A stretch of DNA of 63,443 nt, filler included, from Octopus bimaculoides (Eukaryota), in NCBI RefSeq assembly GCF_001194135.2. It is 6 parts of 6 records of this genome, joined end to end, with 100 filler letters (N's around TTAATTAATTAA, not from the genome) between each part and the next. Parts side by side here need not be neighbours in the genome. Positions count along the whole stretch, not along the records: positions 1 to 13,233 come from NC_068986.1; positions 13,334 to 25,674 come from NC_069003.1; 4 more parts are not named here. One strand, 5' to 3'. Below are positions 1 to 14,047 of the stretch, in pieces. The first letter of the stretch is position 1; every line of letters begins with the position of its first letter. The notes beneath the pieces were generated by a model, which made no database searches, was not told where the DNA came from, and was given only the letters and a program-made list of their open reading frames with translations. The translations under genes were made by a program, and so were the position numbers.

Positions 1-82
<82 letters not shown>

Positions 83-624
83 CACATACATATATATATG
101 CATATATACATGTGTGCATAAATGAATGAATTTATATAAAAATCGATTTATTCTTGAGAATATTTGCTTTTAATATGTCCACCGTCATTACATAATTACA
201 TGTAATCTCATGTGTTCCAGAATCACAGAGATACATTTTGTTGCTGAATTTTAGTTATATCTTGTATTCCATAAGTTATAAACTCTATTACATTCTCACC
301 TGCAGATAATCTATTGAACAAGGTTTAGATAAATAAACAGTACTCTTTAACATTTTCCCATCATATAAAGTTCAAGTAATTACTGACATTTTTTTCCTTC
401 AAATTTAATCAACAATTATAATAAATTTCTGATTGATAACGATAAAATAGGTGCATCAGATTTCTAAATATTCTTTACAGATTAATTCCATCATATATGG
501 AACTAAATTTATATACATTTAAAATTTGTAAATTAAAATTGCGAAAGGCTACATAATAGTCTTGTATTACTATACGTGTATAAACGTATGTATGCATGCG
601 TGTGTCTGTAAAAGNNNNNNNNNN

Positions 625-671
<47 letters not shown>

Positions 672-1027
672 TATAGAGAGTGAGAGTGGGAGACATATAT
701 ATGTGTGTGATATATGCAAACTTATTGCTATATTATCCGTGGTCTCCCTGTTGTACAGTTATGTGCATGTAAGTTTTCAAGTTGCAATATGTGGACACTT
801 ACGACGAAATATGTATTTTCCCATGATTTATAAACATCCAAATTTTCATATTCTCCATCTAGTTCTCTTCCTCTTTCTCTCTTACTCTCTAATTATGCAT
901 ACATTCATACACACACACATACACACACACACACAAACATACACACACATACACGCACACATCAATTTGTCTATCTATATTAAAGTGTACACTTATACTT
1001 ATATGTTTGCATGCACATATATGCATG

Positions 1028-1126
<99 letters not shown>

Positions 1127-1200
1127 TTTAATGGTGCACATATGTATACACATACAGACACACAGACACACACATATATATAATTTCTGTATATATATTC
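1..1200. repeat. Compound (TA)n/(CA)n microsatellite field
   Basis: Long TATA and CACA runs at 1-110, 625-675 and 900-1180. They explain the YI/HT-repeat ORFs. Confidence 0.95.
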
Positions 1201-3899
1201 TCTTCGATACTTATAGAGCTCTCTCTCATATGGCAAAATGGAAATATCAGCAAACTAGAAAGTCACTTTAAATGAATAAAATACTTATTTGTTGACTTTT
1301 AGGCAGAAATATTTGATTAGATTATTAATGTAATAATCAAATTGGAAATATGAGAGTCACATTCCATGTGCTAACTGAGTTTGGTGTTATTATTATTGTT
1401 GTTGTTCATTGTTGGCGGTGTTGATCGTGGTGGTGGTGGCGGCATTAGTTGTGATGGCAGTGATGAGCGCGTTGGACCAAATGTAGTAATTTCGATTTAG
1501 TTGTATTTGTTGTAATTGTTATTGTTGTCAGTAAAACAAGACTCCCGATATGATACGTAATGGTAGCTGTTGCAGATATGACAGGGATAATTTATGTACG
1601 ATTATCAGATTTAGATGTAAGCATGTAGACAAGACGTGTAGGGATATTATGTGTGTTTGTGACTAGATATTGTTATAAGTTGTGACTAGGACAAGATATA
1701 GTTTATATGATGATTAATGGTAGCAGATGCAAATATAACTAGAATAAGATGTGCAATAATATCAGATGTGGATATGATTAAATAAAAGCATGTAAATGAA
1801 GTTACAAGACATGTATGATAGATGTCAGTATGACAAATGAGTGTGTATATAATGACTGATATAGCTATGACTAGGAGAAGGCACGTAGTGATGTCAGATG
1901 TAGAATATGCTACAGACAAGACATGAAGTGATATCAAGTATAGATGTGACAAGGATAACCTAGAGCTGATATACATGTACAGCGATCAGTAATGTTGCTC
2001 CATTTATATTATGCCTCCACTTAACTGAGAAACATACTGATAGCAGACGAATGCGTCGCTAAAATATGAAATAGCCAGTGTGACAGATGTAATGATAACA
2101 GATATTGTTGTGACTAGCATGAAACTGTAGATATGATACATAGGGCGATGGTAGATGTGAGACTTAGCCTATAAATAGTTGATAAACATTTTAGTGATAA
2201 TAGATGTAGATGTAACTTGAAAATGACAATGGACGTAGTAAGTACAATTCATGAAGTGGAAATAGATGCAATTGTGATTAGAACAATATATATATGTATT
2301 ATACATGCGTGTAGCAATTTCATATGCAAATATGATTGGACAACAGGGCTGATGCGATACATGTAATTGATTATTACCAGTACTTATTGCTAGTTTTAAT
2401 AACGATTTTAATGAGCTTATAGTAGCTAAATCATATGGTCCATGATCAGAAACAGAGACTGGATCCAATGAAAAGACAGGCCAATACAACTTAGGCTTAG
2501 ACCTGAATAGAAATGATCCGTTACCTTGTCTTGATATCTGGGTAAGCTGAATTAATGCGACATAAAGTATTCTTCACAGATGCCCTTCGAAATACTAGCA
2601 GAGGGCTTGTATCTATGATAGTTTAAACTCATATAAACGCAGTCACCTCCTCACTAAAGTGAAGTCATATTTTAAGTATAAGCAAATTTTGCTGAGATTT
2701 TATATTGAATTTTTATAATAGAGTATAGTAGTTCATCACTGACAGATAGCCGGAGGCAGGGAAACTTAAATGTTTTAGCTATACGCAAGTGAACTCTCAA
2801 CACCACGACTGATTATCTGATTGTAATCGATAGAAATATAACAATTATAAAAGTTAAAATATAATGACATGGTGATTTTCCGTTTTTACCCCTTTTTTTT
2901 TTTTTTTGTAATCAGCCATTTTTAGTGTCTGTACTTAGAAAACGTAAGCTGGATGCACACATACACATGGTATTATTCTGTAGATTCACGACAATATCTT
3001 GTCTTTTCATACCACATTACGAGACCATCGTCATACTTCTGAATTTCATCCATTTTGGCCACTGCTACTTTCTTTATTTCTTGTGAGAATGATGCGTTGA
3101 TAGCTGGGCATTTCAAATTCTTTATGTTTAAAAAAGGAAAGGAAGTGAAGAACAATAAAAAAAATTGACACAAAACATAACAGTTCTTCACTATTTTTAT
3201 CCTTTACACAAAATTAGTAAATCCCCAATAAATACATCACTATCTAGGGTTAAAATGTGTTTACTGAATAAATTTATCCTATCACCCGCCATAATATTTG
3301 TATTTTTACTTTCAATTTCGCAGTGGTGTCCTATTGATTTTTCTTGACTGTTCAAAAGTGTAACCATTTTAAGAGAGGAAATAGCATTACCGATTAAAAA
3401 CACCAAAGTACAATTCAAGTACTCATTTTGTCGATACATTCCGGTTCCGAAAATAAACAAATAATTCAACCCTACTGTAATTCGATCTCAGATTCACTAA
3501 CGTTATCCAAGTAAATGTGTGTGAGGCCAACCAGTTCGTTACTCTACTACACTGGCTATTTCTACCCCCCCCCCCCTTCTGGCATGGTCGTAACGCTTTT
3601 CCTCTTTCTACTGTTTAACAGCACAAATGTATAGATCGTCAGATTTTATCGTAGACAAGTTAGAATCTAGCCAATCTGCCTTTGATGTTGTAGTTTTGTA
3701 TTTTTTAATGAGTTAAATGCCGTTTGTATGCAGATACTAAAGCAAACATTTCCCAATCAAATGGATAGTTTTACTTGGTCGTAAGAAGTATTGTTTCCAA
3801 ACAAGGAATCAATACATTTAGCCGTTTACTGCAATATAATCAAATTAATATTTGCATTTGAAATTGTGTCAAACATTATTGTCGTCGTCGTTATTGTTT

Positions 3900-4105
3900 C
3901 TATTGCTGTTGTTATTGTGGTTTAGCCCCAGGTCAACCCTGACTGAATAGGCATATGATCAAAGGTATTCAAGCCATAAACACTCCATTCTTCGCTCGAG
4001 CATTGCGTATCTAGGACTACATTGTTCAATGTACCATTCTCTTTTAAAGGCGGTACATTTTATGTTAATTTGAGAGAAATTTGGTTGCTGTATTTAGTAG
4101 ATCCC
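3900..4105 (-). mobile_element. SINE-like repeat, family E (GAAATAGCAGCCAAAT core, ...GGGGCTAAACAACAAC tail)
   Basis: Reverse-complement match to the copy at 5725-6025. Related pieces lie at 10680-10830, 13575-13945, 34960-35130 and 53330-53410. Confidence 0.6.
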
Positions 4106-5243
4106 TCGCTGATTCCCTCATTGGCACATGCTAGGCATTATACATCACGATGTAACCTCGAAGTAAACAAATATACATAGTAATTTACATTTTTTATGTA
4201 AGCCAATGCATTTTTTACGTCAAAACTATCACAGAATAGGCTTGGAAGACACAGCATCACTTTCTCAAACCCCAGAATATAGATACAGTGTCTGCCTGGG
4301 TAAAAGAAGCNNNNNNNNNNNNNNNNNNNNNNNNNNNNNNNNNNNNNNNNNNNNNNNNNNNNNNNNNNNNNNNNNNNNNNNNNNNNNNNNNNNNNNNNNN
4401 NNNNNNNNNNNNNNNNNNNNNNNNNNNNNNNNNNNNNNNNNNNNNNNNNNNNNNNNNNNNNNNNNNNNNNNNNNNNNNNNNNNNNNNNNNNNNNNNNNNN
4501 NNNNNNNNNNNNNNNNNNNNNNNNNNNNNNNNNNNNNNNNNNNNNNNNNNNNNNNNNNNNNNNNNNNNNNNNNNNNNNNNNNNNNNNNNNNNNNNNNNNN
4601 NNNNNNNNNNNNNNNNNNNNNNNNNNNNNNNNNNNNNNNNNNNNNNNNNNNNNNNNNNNNNNNNNNNNNNNNNNNNNNNNNNNNNNNNNNNNNNNNNNNN
4701 NNNNNNNNNNNNNNNNNNNNNNNNNNNNNNNNNNNNNNNNNNNNNNNNNNNNNNNNNNNNNNNNNNNNNNNNNNNNNNNNNNNNNNNNNNNNNNNNNNNN
4801 NNNNNNNNNNNNNNNNNNNNNNNNNNNNNNNNNNNNNNNNNNNNNNNNNNNNNNNNNNNNNNNNNNNNNNNNNNNNNNNNNNNNNNNNNNNNNNNNNNNN
4901 NNNNNNNNNNNNNNNNNNNNNNNNNNNNNNNNNNNNNNNNNNNNNNNNNNNNNNNNNNNNNNNNNNNNNNNNNNNNNNNNNNNNNNNNNNNNNNNNNNNN
5001 NNNNNNNNNNNNNNNNNNNNNNNNNNNNNNNNNNNNNNNNNNNNNNNNNNNNNNNNNNNNNNNNNNNNNNNNNNNNNNNNNNNNNNNNNNNNNNNNNNNN
5101 NNNNNNNNNNNNNNNNNNNNNNNNNNNNNNNNNNNNNNNNNNNNNNNNNNNNNNNNNNNNNNNNNNNNNNNNNNNNNNNNNNNNNNNNNNNNNNNNNNNN
5201 NNNNNNNNNNNNNNNNNNNNNNNNNNNNNNNNNNNNNNNNNNN

Positions 5244-5287
<44 letters not shown>

Positions 5288-5724
5288 TTTGAAGTACCCG
5301 ATTTCAATGGGAAAAGAGGAACAGGATAACAGGATAGAACTCGCAGTGTAAGCACGGTTGTAAACTTCCTGATAGTCAAGTGTTTCATGGATGCATGGTT
5401 CGATTCCTGTGCAAGCCTTATCATAACACAGTCTCTTCTATCTTTGATATTGAGCTGTAGTCAACAACCGGAACAAAGCTATGGTTTCCACCGAACTGAG
5501 TTGCCTTCTCTTTGGCATACTACTCCAAGGCGACGAAGCAGTAAACTCATTAAAGATTGTAAGATAAATCGTTTTCAGATATGAAACTGCTAAGTCATCA
5601 ACTACGAAATGTATTTTAAATAAATGGACCTGAGAAATCGAAAGCTGCCGACAAGACTCAGCTTGTTGAGTTTGGCTGCTATATATAAAGCCAATAATAT
5701 ATATGTATTAGTTCTAATTCAGTT

Positions 5725-6025
5725 GAGTGGTCTGGCACTGTAATGGCACTACACTATTGTAATTGAGGACCAAAGGAGCCTGTACGTGTTCGTTTGCCTT
5801 ACTAGAAATAGCAGCCAAATATATATCACTCACATTAAACTATGCCATCTTAAAATATGAAAGAAATGAATTACATTAGAAAGGGTAACACAAGATAATT
5901 CTAAAAGGTAGATGGTCACGACTGGAATAAGTCTTTTCGATTAGAGCTGATATGGAGCTTAACAGCAGCTGCAGTAGCAGTAGCAGCAGCAGCAAAACAA
6001 CAACAACAACAACAACAATGACAAC
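5725..6025 (+). mobile_element. SINE-like repeat, family E
   Basis: Contains agaaatagcagccaaat and ends in a (CAG)/(CAA)n tail. The family is multi-copy within the window. Confidence 0.6.
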
Positions 6026-6999
6026 AAAGTGAAGTGGTCAGCCTCGAGTGACAGAAAGCTTCATGCATGATGTAAATTATGTTTTACCGTGACTGAGCAC
6101 AGCTTCAAGTTGACACGGTTAGCGATGTTTCTTTACGAAAAAATTTGTTTGATCTCTAGCATCAATATTTGCAGAGTTACATTGATGTAACATAATCAAT
6201 TGCTATTGGTTATATATATAAACACATCACAGAAAACAGTTAAGTTTCTATTGTCTATTACGTTTCAATTGTCTACAAGGCCCAAACTAAAATGAAATTG
6301 TTGCATGTACAGGTAACATTTATTAATGACATAGAGAAAAAAGGAAATGGAGGAATACTTCTCATGGCATTTGGTAGGACTTCCGAGACTAAGAAATAAA
6401 GTATTTGCGACGAAGTGAAATCTGGTTAAGTTATCCCAAACCAGATAGGTGTATTTAAACTGCTGATTGTTCTAAACATCGCTATCATGTCCTTGGATGC
6501 TTGTAGCAGGAGATATTCCATAACTGTGTTACTACAACACTGTGTGACTAATTGCTGTGTATGTTTACACAGGTGCTATGGGATTCTACAAGGATAACAA
6601 TAGTATACTTACCTCATGATTTACACAATCTGGATGTATAATCAACCCTACATTTGCTAAACTAGTGGTTGGGCTGGGCATTGAGCAATAACAACAACAA
6701 ATCCAATAACAACAATAACGCTATCAACTGAAGCAAAACTCCGACAAAGGGTCTTGCACATAATTTGTACATACAACAATAATTTCCAAATACATACAAG
6801 GTTAGAAATTTCAGAAGGGACAGACGATTAAATCGGCCTAAATAAGCACATGATCAGTATTCATTTTATTGACCCCGGAAGTCGGTCTTTTTCTTTTGGC
6901 ATTTGAACTCAGTATGTAAAGTTTTGTAACTAAACAGCAAAAGTTATTTTGTCCGAAGCCCTGCAAAATCTGCCTGTCCATGATCCTGATAAATATAAT

Positions 7000-7190
7000 G
7001 CAATGCATTGTGTCTTTGTGTCTATTCTTGTCCGCACCACCGTCGCCTGACAACCGATGTTAATGATAGAATAAATACTAGGCTTACAAAGAATAAGTCC
7101 TGGTGGCGATTTCTTCGACTAAAAAGAAAACCATTTAAGGTGGTGCTCCAGCATGGCCGCAGTCAAATGACTGAAACAAGTAAAAGAATA
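7000..7190 (+). mobile_element. SINE family B, 3' half
   Basis: ggtgctccagcatggccgcagtcaaatgactgaaacaagtaaaag, shared with more than 10 other copies. Confidence 0.85.
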
Positions 7191-7715
7191 TACTAACTGT
7201 CTCATCCTTGAAATTCGTCCTGCAAAGGAGGATGTGTGATGTCCTTTTATTGAAGGTCTACAATTGGGACTTAGAAAACAATACAACGCAATAACATGAT
7301 AAACTTTGAAAAAGGGATATTTAGGATCAATATTTAATGCATTTTTAAAACCAATAATGTGCCCGATGAAATTTCATGCAATGACTAGTGATATTACTGG
7401 ATTAATGGAATAATTTAATCCAATTTTTCATTTCTTAAAATATACTGTCAGTTGCGATGAAATAAACAGTAATAGAGTAATGAAGTCAACAAAATTAATT
7501 ACAATCCATCTTTTAGATTTGTGACAAAACTGGATTCCAGTATTTTTTCTAGCATCTTAACTGTTTAGTGTTCCTTAGTTTACTCATACATTCAACGAGA
7601 TGAATGAGACTGTGTGTGTATGTTCATACATACACAGGCATATCGATCGGCAGACATATAGACAGACAGACAGACATATAGACAGATAGACAGACAGAAG
7701 CCGGTCAGTTCGTTG

Positions 7716-7751
<36 letters not shown>

Positions 7752-8011
7752 NNNNNNNNNNNNNNNNNNNNNNNNNNNNNNNNNNNNNNNNNNNNNNNNN
7801 NNNNNNNNNNNNNNNNNNNNNNNNNNNNNNNNNNNNNNNNNNNNNNNNNNNNNNNNNNNNNNNNNNNNNNNNNNNNNNNNNNNNNNNNNNNNNNNNNNNN
7901 NNNNNNNNNNNNNNNNNNNNNNNNNNNNNNNNNNNNNNNNNNNNNNNNNNNNNNNNNNNNNNNNNNNNNNNNNNNNNNNNNNNNNNNNNNNNNNNNNNNN
8001 NNNNNNNNNNN

Positions 8012-8045
<34 letters not shown>

Positions 8046-9884
8046 ACTGTTTTAGAATTACCATGTATGTCAAAGATCATTAAACCAAACTCAATAGCAC
8101 ACCGAAGAGACTATACACACAATACATACATGCATGCATCCATCCATCCATCCATACATACATACATACATACATGCATATATATTTAAATACTCTGACA
8201 ACTTTGATATGATAAAGATTGTATTGTTGTTCGGGACCCCCCGTTTAGAAAGGTTGGACACATATCCTATCATAATAACAAGCCCCAATAGTTTGCTATT
8301 TTGAACAGCGACTAAAGCACTAGTGAGACGACACTAATTCCTACGAGCAGCTTGGGAAATAATTCACCATAGGAATCTATTCTGGAGCATGTGGAAAATC
8401 GAGTTCACCAAGTTGTGATTCCTCCTGTGAGTGGTGTAAAATGTGCTACCGTCTTCGGCAGTATTATACGATGTGGAGGCAATGAATCGTTGGGGTTATA
8501 CTCTGTCAGCAGGCTAGTCATTCCTGTCTGAGCATGCCTGCATACATATCTAAGTTTTGAGTATCCATGAAGATGAATCAACACAACAGAACAGCAGCGT
8601 CAACCACCAAGATGAACCAAATTATTTTACACAGTGGAGACGGCAAAGGGCAACAAGGGAGCGGAAAATACAAAGGAAGAACTGACGCTTCTGTGTGGTG
8701 TTAAATGATTGTATGATTAATGTGAATTTGAAAGGAAGTCTTGTATCCCCAAGCACAATACAAATACGAAGGGAAATTAAAGGAAAAAAAAACAAGTGTA
8801 ATTTGTGGTTGCTTAGAATGAGTGGAGAACAATCTGGAGAACAATAATTCGGACATTCCCCGCTCGACATCGTCGATGGTTGCGGCCGGAAGGTATCGAA
8901 ATCGTTGATATTCAGTCGACAGCTGAGGAAGGGAGAGTCTCGCGGCGCAACACATATATACATATGCAAATACGCGTGCGCGCACTCAAAGTGATTTAGA
9001 AAAGCTTTTGTGTGTACACACACATTTATAAATACACGTATATCTGTCTGTCTGTGTATATTCATGTGTGTGTTTGGTGTGTGTGTGTGTTCGTGTGCGT
9101 GTAGATATGTGTATAAATATACGTGTACATGCATACATATATGAACATATATAAGTATATATTCTATATGTCTATGTATGTATATGTGGGTGCGCATGTG
9201 CATGTGCGTGTATATGTGAGTGTGTGTGTGCATGTGTGTGTGTGCGTGCACGTTTTTCTAGAGTGTACAGTGAATATTTATATAATATTGCATAATTTGT
9301 TTCAAACTTCCAAAATTATACAAAAAAAAAGAAGCAAAACGGATAAAAATTGATTCTTGCTATTGTTTAATATGTTGATGCTTTTTATTTATTGTCTGGT
9401 CTACTGGCATTGTGGTGGTGGTCGTCGTGGTACAGTTACTGCTAATGTTTTACTTGTAGATGTAGTTTTGTAGTCATGATTATTTTTTATATCTGTCTCG
9501 ATTTTGTTTGGAACGAACTGGGAAAGACGTTTTGTTCAGGAAATAAAAAAAATTTTCTAAAAATTATGCGATTCACATCTACAAACATATGCACACATAA
9601 ATTCGTGCACACACACACATATTCAAATATGTATGTATATCTTCATAGAGTGGGGGAAATAAGAAAACGCTAAAGACAAATACAATAAGCATAAAATAAA
9701 AACAATAATAAAATGTTATATTATTTAATAAAGTAGTGAAGATTTTATAACTGATATTCATGGTAGCGAGGTCGACGGTGGTGATAAGGGCCACGATGAT
9801 GATCGTGGTGATAATGGTAAAAAATCGAGACAGATATAAAAAATAACCATGACTACAAAACTACATCTACAAGCAAAACAAGGC

Positions 9885-10459
9885 CTGAAAATTTTAGGGA
9901 AGAGGTCGAGTTGATTACATTGATCCCATTGCTTAACTGCTACTTATTTTATCGACCCCGAAAGGATGAAAGGCGAACTTGACTTCGGCCGAATTTGAAC
10001 TCAGAACAAAAAGACAGATGAAATGTTCTTTTCTACTCTAGGCACAAGGCCCGAAATTTCGGTGGTGGGGAGGCCAGTCGATTAGATCGACCTCAGTACA
10101 CAACTGGTACTTAATTTATCGACCCCGAAAGGATGAAGGACAAAGTCCACCACGGCGGAATTTGAACTCAGAACGTAAAGACATGAAATGTTGCCAAGCA
10201 TTTTGCCCGGCGTGTTAACGATTCTGTCAGCTCGCCGCTGTATAATCCTTTCTACTATAAGTACAAGGCCTGAAATTTTGGGGTAGGGGACTAGCCGATT
10301 GCATCGACCCCAGTGTTCTACTGGTACGTATTTCATTGACCCCGAAAGGATGAAAAGCAAAGCCGGCATCGACGGAATTTGAACTCAGAACGTAACGATA
10401 GGCGAAATACGACTAAGGTTTTTGCCCGGCGTGCTAACGATTCTGCCAACTCACCGCCT
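9885..10459 (-). mobile_element. Three head-to-tail copies of tRNA-derived SINE family A
   Basis: Repeated atcgaccccgaaaggatgaa...ggaatttgaactcagaacgtaa (reverse B-box GAGTTCAAATTCC) and reverse A-box-like TGGCAGAATCGTTAG. Confidence 0.9.
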
Positions 10460-11913
10460 TATCAATAATGATGATAATGATGAGTTGGAACAGTGGCTGC
10501 TGCAACTATTGATGATGATTATGAAGAAGCAGATGCGATGGAAGAAAGTGTGGGGCGTACGAATGTTTTCCAAAATAAGCAAAAGGCCCATAACAATTAG
10601 TGTGAAGGGTGCAGCTGATTTATCTGATCCCAAATACTTGATTAACATTTCAAACCTCTACATGATTATTTTTCCCTTCTGTTAGAAATAGCAGCCAAAT
10701 GTTCCTTAAATCAGTTTGCAAAAGAAAGAAAGAAAGAGCGTCGTAAACTGACATGACAGGAAAGGATGTCCAGAACTAGGACGCCTTTGATTATAGATTT
10801 GCTCGATAGTGTTCATTATCGACGCTATAAACACAGTATCAATAAGTGGTCAGGTGTCTTTTCCACTTTAATGTAGCCGGTTCAACAAACACCATCAACC
10901 GGCACTCGGGTGCCTCTAGAAGTGCCTGAGTGCCTTTAGTTCTTTGCCACGTTCGGGTCTTTTCTTAACATTCTCCTACCAACCTCTAAAACAATACTTC
11001 TTATACTGAGCGGTACCATTCCTTAAGAAGGAGGAGGGCTGGGAAAAGTTCTGCATTGCTCCCGGAGACAAAAGAGAAAGGAAGCGGTAGCGGACAACAG
11101 ATGCATCTGTTCAGTTTTTTTAGACTTCGTTTCGTATTTAAATATCAATCTTTAAAAAATGTAAGTATAATGCTATGATAAACTGCTTGTTAACCACAGT
11201 CACCACAACAACAGTACAATAACAATAACAACATCAATAATAATAATCCAGTTCGAAATGGTAGTAGGTAAATGAACAAAACCCGGAACTAAATAACTTT
11301 GGTATTTGTATGCTAAAAAAATTAGAGGAGGGCTTGATTTTTAACAACGGGTTGGGGGGGAAAAAACTGTTAGTAAATTAGAAGGTGTGATAGTTAAACG
11401 ATACATTCCTCCAGGATCTTTTCTGGCCGACCCCTCATGTCATCTCTCCACCTTCATATTTAATGCTCACCATCTAGTTTTTCATTCACTTAGCCCCTGA
11501 TGGTGAATGGAAAGAGATCCTGGGCTCTAATAACGCAGCCAAAACATGTTTACCCTAAGTTTAAAAATAAAGAACTTTTAGTTTACGTCCAATTTACTAA
11601 ATATGTGCATCAGGAAAAAATATGAGCTTACTGAAAATCCATTTATACAGAGTAGATAAAAAAATAATAAATAAGTTTAGTTTAACAGTCCGATAAAAAT
11701 ATAATCATGTTCACTTTAATCGTATTTCTCAGTTACATACTTGACAATGTTGTAACACCATATTTAGAGTTTAGTTGATTCCTCTAAGATATCTGTAGAT
11801 AAAAATCCCTAATCTTGGAAGCCTAATCAATTGATCCACTTTATGCTTTGGGATACATATAAGTCTCTCACGTATGAAAACAACACATACGCGCGAGGAG
11901 GCAGGCAGGCCCG

Positions 11914-11949
<36 letters not shown>

Positions 11950-12008
11950 AACACACACGCACGCGTTCTCACTATAATACTATAATAATAATAATAATAA
12001 TGATAATA

Positions 12009-12072
<64 letters not shown>

Positions 12073-12561
12073 TGATGATGATGATGATGATGCTGAGAAT
12101 AATAATANNNNNNNNNNNNNNNNNNNNNNNNNNNNNNNNNNNNNNNNNNNNNNNNNNNNNNNNNNNNNNNNNNNNNNNNNNNNNNNNNNNNNNNNNNNNN
12201 NNNNNNNNNNNNNNNNNNNNNNNNNNNNNNNNNNNNNNNNNNNNNNNNNNNNNNNNNNNNNNNNNNNNNNNNNNNNNNNNNNNNNNNNNNNNNNNNNNNN
12301 NNNNNNNNNNNNNNNNNNNNNNNNNNNNNNNNNNNNNNNNNNNNNNNNNNNNNNNNNNNNNNNNNNNNNNNNNNNNNNNNNNNNNNNNNNNNNNNNNNNN
12401 NNNNNNNNNNNNNNNNNNNNNNNNNNNNNNNNNNNNNNNNNNNNNNNNNNNNNNNNNNNNNNNNNNNNNNNNNNNNNNNNNNNNNNNNNNNNNNNNNNNN
12501 NNNNNNNNNNNNNNNNNNNNNNNNNNNNNNNNNNNNNNNNNNNNNNNNNNNNNNNNNNNNN

Positions 12562-12715
12562 CGTAACTTAGCGGTTCGGCAAAAGAGTCCGATAGAATAA
12601 GTACTAGGCTGCCAAAGAATAAGTCCTGGGGTCGATTTGCTCTACTAAAGGCGGTGCTCCAGCATGGCCACAGTCAAATGACTGAAACAAGTAAAAGAGT
12701 AAAAGAGTAAAGAGA
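12562..12715 (+). mobile_element. SINE family B, 3' half directly after a gap
   Basis: cgtaacttagcggttcggcaaaagag...gactgaaacaagtaaaagagtaaaagag. Confidence 0.9.
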
Positions 12716-12804
12716 ATAATGATGATGATGATGATCATGATGATGATGTTGATAATGATGATAATAATAATAATAATAACTACAACAACGACAATAATAA
12801 TGAA

Positions 12805-13200
12805 AGGAGACACTTTCCTCCGTGGTCGAGCCCCTAGCGAATTTTGTTACGGCTTGAAGTTGAAAGGAAAGAATTGGTGGAGATGGACGTGTTCTCTTCA
12901 GGTGAATTTATTGAAAGGTGGATGAGACTTGCGAAAATGGCAAGATCAGATGGAACTACTGCAAGCACATACCTGTGGGTCAAAGAGAGTACTGGCCCCT
13001 AGTGACACTTGCTCTTGGCATTCAGAGTAATCTTAGATCTGCAGTGTTCCTCGATTGGCTCGGGACGGATGTTCTGCATCAGGAAGACTGCATTATCATG
13101 TATATCTTAATTTTATTTTACTCGATTTTCTATTCCAACACCCAAACTTTGTAGCTATTTTCCTTATTCCCCTCTTCATTCGTTACCCATCTGGTAAATA
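12805..13200 (+). pseudogene. Decayed 3' end of a Tx1/L1-clade LINE (ORF2 C-terminus plus 3' UTR)
   Basis: Frames read DTFLRGRA and RLEVERKE...SSGEFIERWMRLAKMARSDGT, resembling Tx1-type ORF2 C-termini. This is recall only and was not searched. Confidence 0.45.
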
Positions 13201-13233
13201 ACATTTTTTGAAGTTGTTGCTATTATTATTATA

Positions 13234-13333
13234 NNNNNNNNNNNNNNNNNNNNNNNNNNNNNNNNNNNNNNNNNNNNTTAATTAATTAANNNNNNNNNNN
13301 NNNNNNNNNNNNNNNNNNNNNNNNNNNNNNNNN
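13234..13333. other. Artificial scaffold-join spacer N44-TTAATTAATTAA-N44 (also at 25675, 47791, 52842 and 56108)
   Basis: Identical 100-bp construct five times. The 12-mer gives TAA stops in all six frames. Confidence 0.9.
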
Positions 13334-13972
13334 ATATATATATATATATATACATATATACATATACTCACAACATTATATTCTTCATTATTATGCAACT
13401 CTTAATGTAATCTTCATCTTCCACGACACGGCCGACAACCCTCCTACGTCTCACCCACAAAAATTGCTATTTGTTTTAAAGTTCAATGAAAATCAATATT
13501 TGCCGTAGACAGATCGATAACGGTGAAATATTACATAATACTCTCAGTAAACATACTACTTACATGAACCAACAAGAGCGACCTCTACACGGTTACTATA
13601 ACTTGTTGAAATAGCAGCCAAATTGCCCTTAAATCGCACACACTACTGTCTTCTGTAAGTACATACAAGTAAGCTTATGTAAGCTCTACATGGTAGCTAG
13701 ATCTGGTAGAAATAGCAGCTAAATTCTCTGAAATAAAACCCTGACGTCTCATGTGTGTATGCGTAACTGTTAGTATTAGCAATAGATGGATTACTCTACA
13801 TGGTAACTGCATTTGGTAGAAAGAGCAGCTAAATCCTTCTGAAATCAAGCCCTACTTGTATGTATGACCCAACAACAGAAAACAACATGGCAACTAGATC
13901 TGATAGAAATAGCAGTTAAACCGCTCTCAAATTCCATTCTGTCTTGTGTGTGTGAGTGCGTATATATGTATG

Positions 13973-14047
<75 letters not shown>

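Noticed and set aside
13278-13289. Conserved TTAATTAATTAA motif
   Set aside because: It is always centred in N44 + N44, so it is an assembly spacer.
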